From NCBI RefSeq assembly GCF_001194135.2, contig NC_068981.1:88614174-88678173 (forward strand): 64,000 bases of DNA. Direction: 5' to 3'. Position numbers and translations under genes: made by a program. This stretch comes from Octopus bimaculoides. Lineage: Eukaryota. The notes under the pieces were generated by a model, which worked only from the letters and a program-made list of their open reading frames with translations, had not been told where the DNA came from and searched no databases. Shown in pieces: positions 37,640 through 49,038 of the stretch (position 1 is its first letter; each line of letters opens with the position of its first letter).

Positions 37640-37808
37640 GTAAAATTGCCGACAATTTTATTACATATACACGACAGGTTTCCACATAGTTTCCGTCTTC
37701 CAAAATCACACACAAGGAATTAGTCGGCCTGGGGCTATAGTAGAACACACCAAGGTGCCGAAGACTGGGAGTGAAATCGAAACTCTCATCCTAACCGCAG
37801 TGCCATAT
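37640..37808 (-). mobile_element. Degenerate SINE family D copy
   Basis: AGTTTCCGTCTTCCAAAATCACACACAAGG..GGCTATAGTAGAA..CCAAGGTGCC. Confidence 0.7.
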
Positions 37809-38371
37809 TTGTTTGTGGTATGTTTTCATCTATCATAACAAGTCAAAGACTTTGATGAATTAAATGGAAAATTAGTCTGAAGTACCAGACACAAATTATT
37901 CCCAGTATTAAAAATAAAAATATAAAATGATGCAAGTGTCAGACACGGTATTATCCCCAAGTATGATTATAATAATACTGTCGAAAAAACAAAATTTATT
38001 TTTAAAAAAATGATTTATAAAATATCAATATTTAAAACAAAAATGTTGAAAGAAATATTTAGAGTAGAAAAATATTAAAAGTTGCCAATTTATTTGCAAT
38101 GTTTAATTCTTTTTTAGGTGTATAAATATTATTTATTAATACTCTCGAAGACAACTGTAAAAGTGACATAAAATGTAGAAGATTTATTTTGCTTTGATTT
38201 TGGTTTCCATCCTTTTGTTTTTTTTCTATTAAATCTAAAATTTCTTGGCAGCTCCGAGAATCTTTGTGATTTAATCACGTACCTCGTACACATAATCGAA
38301 CATGCAGACTAGCATACACGCACGCACGCATGCACGTACGCACGAGCACACGCACAAGAGCGCACACACAC

Positions 38372-38575
38372 ATATGCAGTGGCTGTGTGATTAGATGGTT
38401 GCTTCGCATCTATGTGGTTGCGGATTCAGTCCTACTGCAATTAGGGAGAAGTGACCGATAGAATAAGTATCAGGTTTATGAAAATAAGTACGGGTATCTA
38501 TTCATTTAACCCTTCGAGGCGATTCCCCAGCTTGGGTGCAGTTCAATGAATGAAACAAGTGAAAGATAAAAAAAA
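38372..38575 (+). mobile_element. SINE family F copy
   Basis: D-like head, then GACCGATAGAATAAGTA..GCAGTTCAATGAATGAAACAAGTGAAAGATAAAA; related copies at 41935, 46430, 48020 and 48480. Confidence 0.7.
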
Positions 38576-39683
38576 TCCTAAAACGTCACTGTATGTTAAA
38601 TAAGAATCTATATACATTCTATCCTATTGGCACATGCAAGAAAATGAAGAGAGTCTCTTGACTGACAGCTTTACGGCTTGTTGATCGTTCTTCAGAGATG
38701 TATGCACTTTTTTCCGAAACAATAACGCAAATATATACGCATGAAAAACTACATAATGTGCAACACTGTCAATTTTATAGGCTTATCGTATTGAGTTCTA
38801 TATTAGATAATGCTTGCGCCAAGTTTAAATATATTACTTTATATTTTACAACACTTATATTATGAGATATGTATGTTTGTGCATGTATATGTGTTTCTGT
38901 GTGCGTGTGTGTTTGTGTGAGTATGTGTATGTGTGTATGTTTATATACAAAAAATATATACATATATATATATAGACATACACACATAGATGTGTGTGTG
39001 TGTGTGTGTATCTGTGTGCGTATGAGTGTGATAAAGTTTATTTCTGTACATACACAAGTTTCTGTGGCGTGTATTCCTGCGTACTCTCGTTTGTAAATAG
39101 GGCGAAACTTTATATAATTGTTTGTTTCGTTGTACAAATGCACGAAAAGTCTGTTTGCCAATTAAATGCGGAATCATTCGTATTCCACTGGCGTCTGGCT
39201 AAGTTTATTATATCATCTATGTTAAGCGGAAAGGAAACGTGAGCTGAATTTCTTTTGCCATTTCTGTAGTAATTATTAGAGATTTGGTATTAAGGTAGAT
39301 ACGTGTAAATGTACCAGCGAGCGTGTGAATGAGCGTACAAATGAATAGCGATACGCTAAATCCGATCTGTCTTACATAGTGAAACAATGGAACCTAAGGA
39401 AACGACTGTTGATCTGTTTAGACAAATAGTGAATACAAAATATTCATATAATGAAATAAAAAAAATTCTGTGTGGACAGAGAAGTTTTTCTCACGTAAAA
39501 GTAATTTATTCGATTTTTTCAACTTTATTTACTAAACAATTTAAGTTGAATACCGTAGATTAATCAAGGTCTGTTTTGAAGGAAGATAACTGGATTATAC
39601 AATATACATTGTTATATTATTGATTTACTTTGACTATGAGTAAATATAAATTTTATAAACAATGCTATGGTCGGACCCAGATT

Positions 39684-40069
39684 GTTGTTGTTAGCACTCC
39701 GTTGCTTACGACGTCGAGGGTTCCTGTTGGTCTGATCAACGGAACAGCCTGCTCATGAAATTAATGTGCAAGTGGCTGAGCACTCCACAGACACGTGTAC
39801 TCTTAACGTAGTTCTTGGGGATATTCAGCGTGACACAGTGTGACAAGGCTGACCTTTTTAAATACCGGTACAACAGAAACAGGAAGAAAGAATGAGAGAA
39901 AGTTGTGGTGAAAGAGTACAGCAGGGTTCGCCACCAACCCCTGCCGGAGCCTCGTGGAGCTTTAAGTGTTTTCGCTCAACAAACATTCACAACGCCCGGT
40001 CTGGGAATCGAAACCGCGATCCTATAACCGCGAGTCTGCTGCCCCGACCACTGAGCCATTGCGCTTCCA
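39684..40069 (-). mobile_element. SINE family E, full length, 12-bp TSD
   Basis: Reverse complement of the 35948 copy; TSD CGGACCCAGATT at 39672-39683 and 40070-40081. Confidence 0.95.
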
Positions 40070-40995
40070 CGGACCCAGATTAAGCATTAAGCAAAATAAT
40101 CATGTGAGAGTATAACAAAAATATTTATTCTAGTTCCAGTTTCACTGGAGATAGCGCAGTTGAACCAACCCCGCTGAAAAATGCTGAAATTTTGCTTTTT
40201 TGCTATGATTGCCTCAGTTATAAGTAAATACATTGCTTATATTATTTCTTCAATTTAGTGTTACAATAAAAAAACAAAACATGGTTATATATTTAATATA
40301 GTTGTGGGGTCAAGTCGAAGAGAAAGCCTAGAAGAAAATTTAATTCTTAATCTCTTATTTTTCATTCAGCACATACTACGTCTTTAATATCTTGTCAGTT
40401 TTATAACGGAAGGATCGAGTGGGCGACAGTGTTGAGTAGGACTAAGCTTAGGACATGATTTGACCTTAATCTATCCCTGTATATCGTTATAGAGACAATC
40501 ATTTCAGTACACTGTTGGTACTTATTTTGTCAACCCGTATAAATTACTGGTATACAACATATCACTCACAGATGAATAAAGGATACAAGCCAGTGTTAAT
40601 GAAGTTGTTCAGTTCTACTTTCGACTGTCTTGGCTTTCTGACATTAAATCTGCCCTCAGCAACGGCATAAAACCTGATTGTGACATTTTGAAGTTAAGAA
40701 TATATTTCGCAGTATAATGTCCAATAATTTTACACAGAAATAATCAATAATTTGATGAATAATACGCCGAATGTGGTTTATTCAGTATTATGGATATTTA
40801 TAAATGAATATTATAACATATCCTCCACACCGGAAGCGTTAGCGTATATTTTATGATATTTATTTTGTATACAATAGAACTACTCAAAGTACATTCATGT
40901 TATTCACATGCTAATATACATAATTATATACATACATACATATATGAATAGGTGGTGTATTTGCATTGAAATATAGATTCCTATAATAAGCATAC

Positions 40996-41088
40996 CTGTT
41001 GTGTGTTTGAACAGTCTAATATGGATGTCTTTGTGCAGATTATACATTTGCAAACTAATGTGGAAGCCTGCGTGTAGATTATACATGT
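40996..41088 (-). CDS. Candidate 93-nt symmetric phase-1 exon with internal 39-nt repeat
   Basis: cctcatttcag | open frame DMYNLHAGFHISLQMYNLHKDIHIRLFKHTT | CAG-gtatgc donor. Confidence 0.3.
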
Positions 41089-41688
41089 CTGAAATGAGGT
41101 AGGCAGCTATATAAATGCAAATATAATTTCGTAGGTGTAAAGAAAATCATATTAACTTTTCAAAAAATATGTCAGGATCTGACACGTATGATTTTTTTTT
41201 TACAATTCAATTCTCTATGAATGGCAATATCGACTGAACATACCAACACTTTCTCCCTCTCTCTCTTTCTCCATACCTTTCTCTTTCTCTCCCTCCTCTC
41301 ACTTTCTTACACACATACATAATGTGTATATATATATGTGTGTGTGTGTGCGCGCACATACACACGTGTATATGCATATATGTATGTCCATCTGTATACA
41401 CACACCTCCACATACAATTTTTGTATGTGTGTTAGGGAGAGATATATTGAAATAGATAGATATGAGAATATTTACAAAGGGGATCACAAAAGAACCTCAT
41501 TTAAACATGATTCATTCTTATTCATAGAAAGATATACATCAACACACACATACATACACACATACACACAATATTTTTAGAACCTACACACAAATATCAA
41601 TAGAAATAAATCTGTTTATGCAAGTACGTATATGTGTATATATATATGTACGTTTATGTATATATATGTGCGTATATGTATACACACA

Positions 41689-41689
<1 letters not shown>

Positions 41690-41747
<58 letters not shown>

Positions 41748-41750
41748 ATG

Positions 41751-41789
<39 letters not shown>

Positions 41790-41815
41790 NNNNNNNNNNT
41801 CTATCTATCTATATG

Positions 41816-41905
<90 letters not shown>
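41690..41905. repeat. (TATC)n tetranucleotide microsatellite
   Basis: Direct reading, with an internal 10-N gap. Confidence 0.98.
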
Positions 41906-41907
<2 letters not shown>

Positions 41908-42289
41908 CGTGTCTATGCCTTCGTCTGCTTATATCTTTTATTTTGTACTTGTTTCAGTCATTGGTCTGCGGCCATGTTGAGTCACTGCCTCAAAAGATTG
42001 AGTCGAACAAATCGATCCCAGTACTTGATTTTTACGCTTGGTACTTATTCTATCGTTTTTTGTTGTTGCACTGCTAAGTTAAACGAATGCAAAAAAAAAA
42101 ACAGCACCAGTTATCTAGCGGTGGTGGAGAAAGTACAAACACAGACACACACACATAAACTCACACTTAGATAGATACATACACACAGATACACACATGC
42201 ATATGTAGACACACATGTATATGTTGACACAACAGGCTTCTTTCAGTTTCCGTCTACCAAATCTACTCACAAAGTACAGAGCCAGTACG

Positions 42290-42640
42290 GCTCTATACCT
42301 TGAAATGACTACTATTGGAACATACATATCATGTACAGGAAACTTTTTAACCACTTCTATACACCACTTTACTCGAATAATGCAGCTACAATTACAATAT
42401 TTTATATTTTATTTCATTCATTCTCTTATTTCCCTCTATATTTCCGATCTCTTCTTTTTCCATAATAATTCCTCATTTCGAACTCAAATATTTACCTCTA
42501 TTTAACCATCTCACATCGTCTCTGATGAAGGGATATCCATTATATCCCAGAAACAGCTGTAAGACTATATCTATAACTTTTTCCTTATAAATGTCCTGAA
42601 AACTCCTCACAGGCTTGACTTTGTTATCTCATTTTGCCTA
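42290..42640 (+). mobile_element. Penelope-like element terminal repeat (pLTR) remnant
   Basis: Contains the CTGATGA..GAAAC hammerhead signature typical of PLE pLTRs; sits between SINE D remnants. Boundaries approximate. Confidence 0.55.
42518..42565 (+). ncRNA. Minimal type I hammerhead ribozyme motif
   Basis: GUCU [CUGAUGA] A GGGAUAU-ccauu-AUAUCCC A [GAAA] C-agcu-GUA / AGAC: stem I 4 bp, stem II 7 bp, palindromic minimal stem III ACAGCUGU, GUA cleavage triplet. Confidence 0.8.
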
Positions 42641-42680
<40 letters not shown>

Positions 42681-42744
42681 ATATATATATACTATATATA
42701 CTAGCAGCTAAGTCCGGTTTCACCCGGTCGGTTTGGATGATGTG

Positions 42745-42905
42745 CAAGACGGGCTTATTTAAGTTTTCGTCTACCAAATCCACTCACAAGGCTTTGGTCA
42801 ACCCGAGGCTAAGGTAGAAGGTACCTGCCCAAGGTCTCACGCAGTGTAACTGAAACCGGAACCATGTGGTTGGGAAGCAAGCTTCTTACCGTACAGCCAC
42901 GCCTG
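42745..42905 (-). mobile_element. SINE family D copy
   Basis: GTCTACCAAATCCACTCACAAGGCTTTGGTC..GGAACCATGTGGTTGGGAAGCAAGCTTCTTACC. Confidence 0.85.
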
Positions 42906-43333
42906 CGCCAATATATATATATTTTGACAATATTAATAATAAGGATCATTACGAAGTTGCATAGTAATACCTTTAATTATCTAATTCATATAGCGCTTTA
43001 CATAGACCAAAACATGTTTCAATTGCACCGATTAATAACCGTTGCAATTGCAACCCTACTGTAAAACCGGTGCAGTTTCTTCAGGGTCTTTACTCGATAT
43101 CCTTCGATTTGGCAGTTTAAAGGTTTTCTTTTATCTACTCTTCGTTGTAATATATAGAGCTATCCCGTTAAGCTAGACTCGAACAATCTTCGTTTCAAGT
43201 TCTTATTGGATAATCATTTTTAGTTCATTATTACAAAACCTATAGTTTAAAGGATAATTATTCATTTAAACTTGGCAAATGTGTATTTCCTCATGCGCAA
43301 GCATCTCAATGCTTGTTCCTGTCTAGAATTTAT

Positions 43334-43391
<58 letters not shown>

Positions 43392-43634
43392 NNNNNNNNN
43401 NNNNNNNNNNNNNNNNNNNNNNNNNNNNNNNNNNNNNNNNNNNNNNNNNNNNNNNNNNNNNNNNNNNNNNNNNNNNNNNNNNNNNNNNNNNNNNNNNNNN
43501 NNNNNNNNNNNNNNNNNNNNNNNNNNNNNNNNNNNNNNNNNNNNNNNNNNNNNNNNNNNNNNNNNNNNNNNNNNNNNNNNNNNNNNNNNNNNNNNNNNNN
43601 NNNNNNNNNNNNNNNNNNNNNNNNNNNNNNNNNN

Positions 43635-43673
<39 letters not shown>

Positions 43674-44241
43674 CGTGAGCGCACGTGCGCGTGTGTGGGT
43701 GACAGAGAGGGAGAGAGAGAGAGAGAGAGAGAAAGAGTGAGCCAGCACACACGCTCGTATATTCGTGCATAAACACAAGCAACTCTGTATATCATCGAAT
43801 CTGTCCATTTTATGAGAAAAAAGTATTTAATGCGTATAGTAGAGTGTTTATTTATACATGTTAATGTCCTTGTGGACAATATAACTGCCATGGCATATTT
43901 ATATACTTAGTGTCGCGCATAGTTTTCTGGTTGATTTTGAATATCTTTGTATATGGCATGTAAACCCAGAATTTACGTAATCATAGAAATTACGAATGTT
44001 TTGTGTTTATCTGAAAAATAATTAGATTTGCCTGAAAAATTTAGTGAATAGGCGAAGAGGCACGTCCCCAGTAGTTTGAACGCAAAAACTCCCCAGATAT
44101 TTTCGATCACTTTTGTATTTATGTGAATATGATTGTGTGTTTGTATAAATTTATATAAATGTTAATATAAATACATTAATACACACCCACATACACAACA
44201 TACACGCACACATAAGCACACACACAAATGTATATAAATAT

Positions 44242-44283
<42 letters not shown>

Positions 44284-44620
44284 ATATACATGTGTACATA
44301 TATGCACACACGTAATATTCACTAGATGAAATACGTGACTACCATAAGTAACACACATGTTTAGAAAATTTGTAAAATTATGCATCGACACCGTCAGGGA
44401 CGCGGCCACATGTCTTCAAAAATAAAGGGTGGTATGATTATTATATTTTATAGTAGTGACCTCTCTCTCTCTTTCGCTTTCTCTTTCTCTCTCATTGTAT
44501 GTGTGTGTGTGTACATATAGTGTGTACATATATGCCAAATAGACGTGCTTCTGGACAGATCATTGGGTACATCTTCGATACCCTCAAGAGCGAGAGTTAC
44601 ACATAGACACACTGACACAC

Positions 44621-44668
<48 letters not shown>

Positions 44669-44699
44669 GCAGACACATGTATTTGTACAGATATACAAA

Positions 44700-45180
44700 T
44701 CCAGTCACTCGAACATTATGAACTTGGAATCTTTCTTTAAATCTTTTGAACCAGCCAGTACTTGCTAAAAATTTTTGACTGTATTCTTCTCCGGAACGCT
44801 CCTTTAGAGTTTGAAATAGACTTCTGGCCTTCGACTGCACAGTAAAAAGACTTAACGGTGTCTCCGTTTTTGGATCTGATTTTCAATCCAGATTTGTAGC
44901 AAGTTTCCCATTTTGTATATGGGCCCAGTCCGCTGCTTTGTTGTAACTGTAGATCGCATGGATGCTGAATCTTTCACAGCTTCACGGATCCTTTCTTTAT
45001 CTTTCAAAATTGTCGAATCAGCAGAGTGTGATAACTTCACTTCACTTGCGATCTCATTCACTTTCTTTCTTCCTTCGTGCTGTCTAATCCCCATTATTCT
45101 TGTGTCGAGATCGATGACTTTTCTTTGATTCTTGGCAGTTTGAGAGCAGATGAAGACAGTTCCATCTTTATAGACATTTT
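44700..45180 (-). mobile_element. Tigger/pogo transposase N-terminal fragment (HTH-psq and CENP-B HTH)
   Basis: STILKDKERIREAVK; LLQIWIENQIQKR; QSKARSLFQTLK..FLASTGWFKRFKERF..HNVRVTG. Confidence 0.9.
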
Positions 45181-46521
45181 AGGGGATATTTTATGAAAAC
45201 ATATGAAAGATAGCACACACAGAATCACCGAGAGTCTCAAGCAGTCGTCTTATAAACAAATACGAGGTTGCCTCGATATCTCCGCGACAGGATATTCATC
45301 CAACACTTGGCATAACAACAGTGGCGATCCATAACCAAACCTAGTGTGAGCGTTTGTTAGCTGACGTCATTCGTAGACGGTTCAAATTCTAAGAAATTAA
45401 ACCCATTAGATTTCAACTGGACTAATTATATATATACACACCCATGTGTGTGCGTATATGTTTATACACACACGTGCGTGTGCCTGTGCATGTATATTTG
45501 TATATATATATATATATANNNNNNNNNNNNNNNNNNNNNNNNNNNNNNNNNNNNNNNNNNNNNNNNNNNNNNNNNNNNNNNNNNNNNNNNNNNNNNNNNN
45601 NNNNNNNNNNNNNNNNNNNNNNNNNNNNNNNNNNNNNNNNNNNNNNNNNNNNNNNNNNNNNNNNNNNNNNNNNNNNNNNNNNNNNNNNNNNNNNNNNNNN
45701 NNNNNNNNNNNNNNNNNNNNNNNNNNNNNNNNNNNNNNNNNNNNNNNNNNNNNNNNNNNNNNNNNNNNNNNNNNNNNNNNNNNNNNNNNNNNNNNNNNNN
45801 NNNNNNNNNNNNNNNNNNNNNNTTTTTTTTTTTTTTTTTTTTTTTTTTCGTTTTTCTTTCTTTCTTATATGTGTGAATACTCTCAAATGAAAAATTGTTT
45901 CATGACGCATCTGACAATGTAGAATCATTAACAATTCAACATCGCGTGTATGCGTTTACCTGCCTTGTTTTCGATGCTGAAATATACTTTACAATAACTT
46001 ACATTTTTTTCTTCACTCTTCACCTACATCTATTTCCAGAGAAATTATATATTTTATATAACTACTAATTTTCATTTTACCTCTACAAATGTTTCGATAT
46101 AAAACTGTACGTGTGTATTCCAAAAGAAATGTCTCATATTATACAAGCTTTATAATAATTTCTCGAGTACAGATACAGTAGGGTTTGTGATTAAATAACC
46201 ATACATTGTCATATCTGTATGTGCGTATGTACGTACGTACGAATGTATGTATCTATCTTATATTGTAATATAGCCTTGATCTGAAATTATTCTTCTCGAT
46301 AATATTTGTTGGTCGTTTGGAATGAGGAACAATCGAACCGATTTCATTGTTATTTAACAATTGCCCAGAATCTGTTTACAGTCTTTTCATTCCAAGCTAA
46401 AAAGGGAAGGTAGCGAAAGGCTGATTTATCTTTTACTTGTTTCAGTCACTGGACTGCAACCTTGAAGTGTTTAGTTAAAACTATCGACCTACTACTTACT
46501 TTTTAAGGTCTTGTATTTATA

Positions 46522-47728
46522 TCAGGTTGTAACGAAAGTTCTATCCGTTTTTCTAATTGAAATAAAAATGAAAATGCAGCCTAAAATAGATTTATTTAAT
46601 CATCAACATAGTCACCGTTCTTTTCAAGGACATCTTCCCATCTTTCCCTGAGCTTTTTGATACCCTTTATGAAAAGGGTATCAAAAAAAAAAAAAATGAA
46701 AGAAAGAAACTAGCTTTATTTCAACCTCTTCTTATGAAGTAAATCGAAGTCCTGCAAAATGATTCTCTAAGCTTCTAAAAAGATGATAATCTGTTGGAGT
46801 AAGGTCAGGAGAATATAGTAGATGAAGCATAATTTCCAAGCCAAATTCTTGTAGGAGATTCTTAGTCACTCTAGCAGTGAGAGGTCTGGCATTATCATGC
46901 TGTAAGATCACTCCTTTTCTGTTTACCAACGAAGGTCGTTTTCCCTGTAGAACTGTTTTTAAGCGTCTTAGCTGCTGGCAGTAAACTTCAGCTATTATTG
47001 CTTGATTGTCACCTAACAGCTTATAATTAACAATTCCCCTCATGTCCTACTATACACTCAAAAGAATCTTCTTTGGATGCAGACCTCTTCGAAGGTGTTC
47101 GATACGTCTTCAATTACGGTTGAGCCACTCTCTTTTGCGCTTAACATTACTGTAGCGAATCCACTTCTCATTTCCAGTAATGATTTTGTCTAAAAAAGGT
47201 ATTTGAAGTTCACTAGAATGCAATGAGACACAGTAGTCCACACGGTGTATGCGATTGTTTTCTGACAGATCATGTGGAGCCCATCTTCCAGCCTTGGAGA
47301 CTTTATCAAACCTTATTATTTATGATAGATGGTCATATGGCTCACATTAAACTCCGTGCTAAGTTCATCAACAGTAGCTTGTAATTCCACAGAATTGAGT
47401 TGTTTGGGGCGTCCTTCTCTTGCTTTATCTTTTAGACTGAAGTCATCCCTTTTGAAACGTGAAAACCATCTTCTGAATGTACTTTTATGCACCACATCAT
47501 TTGTATAAGTGTTTTTGAGTAATTTTGTTGCTGAACTTGCTGTATTCTGCTTCTGGAATTCAAACGGTAACACATGCCGTGTGTGCTCTTTACTTAGGGT
47601 CAGCTGAAAGAAGAAATATTTTAGTGATTTAGATAGCTACTAATATAATTTAGAAGCTAGATTGGTGTAATCCTGTCTTATAATTATCCTTAAAAAAAAA
47701 AACGGACAGAACTTTCGTTACAACTTGA
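46522..47728 (-). mobile_element. Mariner (DD34D) transposon, both TIRs present, transposase inactivated
   Basis: TIRs TCAGGTTGTAACGAAAGTTCTATCCGTTTT and the reverse complement TCAAGTTGTAACGAAAGTTCTGTCCGTTTT, with TA TSDs; motifs WAPHDL, TGNEKW (first catalytic D changed to N), HDNARP, YSPDLTPTDYHLF; stops and frameshifts. Confidence 0.95.
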
Positions 47729-47911
47729 TACTATCGCTTACTTTTGCTGAACCGCTAAGTTACAGTGAGGTAAAACTAACATCGGTTGTCACACAGTGGT
47801 AGGGGAAAAACGCAAAAACAAAGGCACTCACACACATCCGGTGACCGTCTTTCAGTTTCCGTCCACCACATCCGCTCATAGGGCTCAATAACCTTCCTCA
47901 GTGCCACAATT

Positions 47912-48753
47912 GTCCTCAATAACCTTCAACAGTGCCACAATTGTCCGAACTTTCTCTCCAGTAGCCACATGACTTAGACTTACACAAATCTAAGTAGAAA
48001 ACAATAATAGTTTAAGTAATTTATTTTTATCTTTTATTTTTTACTTATTTCAGCCACTGGACTGCGGCCATTCTGGGGCAGCACTTTGAAATTTTAGTCA
48101 AATGAATTGACCCCGGGACTTCTTTTTTTTAAGCCTAGTACTTATTCTACTGGTTTCTTTTGCTGAACTGCTAAGTTACAGGAACACAAACACAGACACA
48201 AAGACACACACACACAGATACACACACNNNNNNNNNNNNNNNNNNNNNNNNNNNNNNNNNNNNNNNNNNNNNNNNNNNNNNNNNNNNNNNNNNNNNNNNN
48301 NNNNNNNNNNNNNNNNNNNNNNNNNNNNNNNNNNNNNNNNNNNNNNNNNNTATATATATATATATATATATATGTTTGTATGTATGTATATATATATATA
48401 TATATGTTTGTATGTATATATATATATATGTGTGTGTGTGTATGTATCTGTGTGTGTGTGTCTTTGTGTCTGTGTTTGTGTTCCTGTAACTTAGCAGTTC
48501 AGCAAAAGAAACCAGTAGAATAAGTACTAAGCTTTAAAAAAAGAAGTCCCGGGGTCGATTCATTTGACTAAAATTTCAAGGTGGTGCTCCAAAATGGCCG
48601 CAGTCCAGTGGCTGAAACAAGTAAAAAATAAAAGATAAAAATAAATTACTTAAACTATTATTGTTTTCTACTTAGATTTGTGTAAGTCTAAGTCATGTGC
48701 CTACTGGAGATAAAGTTCGGACAATTGTGGCACTGATGAAGGTTATTGAGGAC
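47912..48753. repeat. About 320-bp inverted duplication flanking a gap
   Basis: 47912-48227 is the reverse complement of about 48430-48753 with about a dozen substitutions; arms contain unique sequence, SINE F and a CA/TG tract. Confidence 0.92.
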
Positions 48754-48978
48754 GAAACACTTGTCCACGTCTGTCTTCTTAGTACACGTTAATAAGTATG
48801 TTTCTTTCCTTAATGACAATGTAAATTTTGGAGAAATTTTGAATGTTGAGATTATTTCCCTTTTCGAATAGAATGGTCGTAATTACCATATTTGTAATTA
48901 TGATACGTTATCTAGGGGCGGAGATAGTTTTAATAAACCAAGAATTTTTGTTATAAGGTATTCAACATATCGGTATTT

Positions 48979-49038
<60 letters not shown>

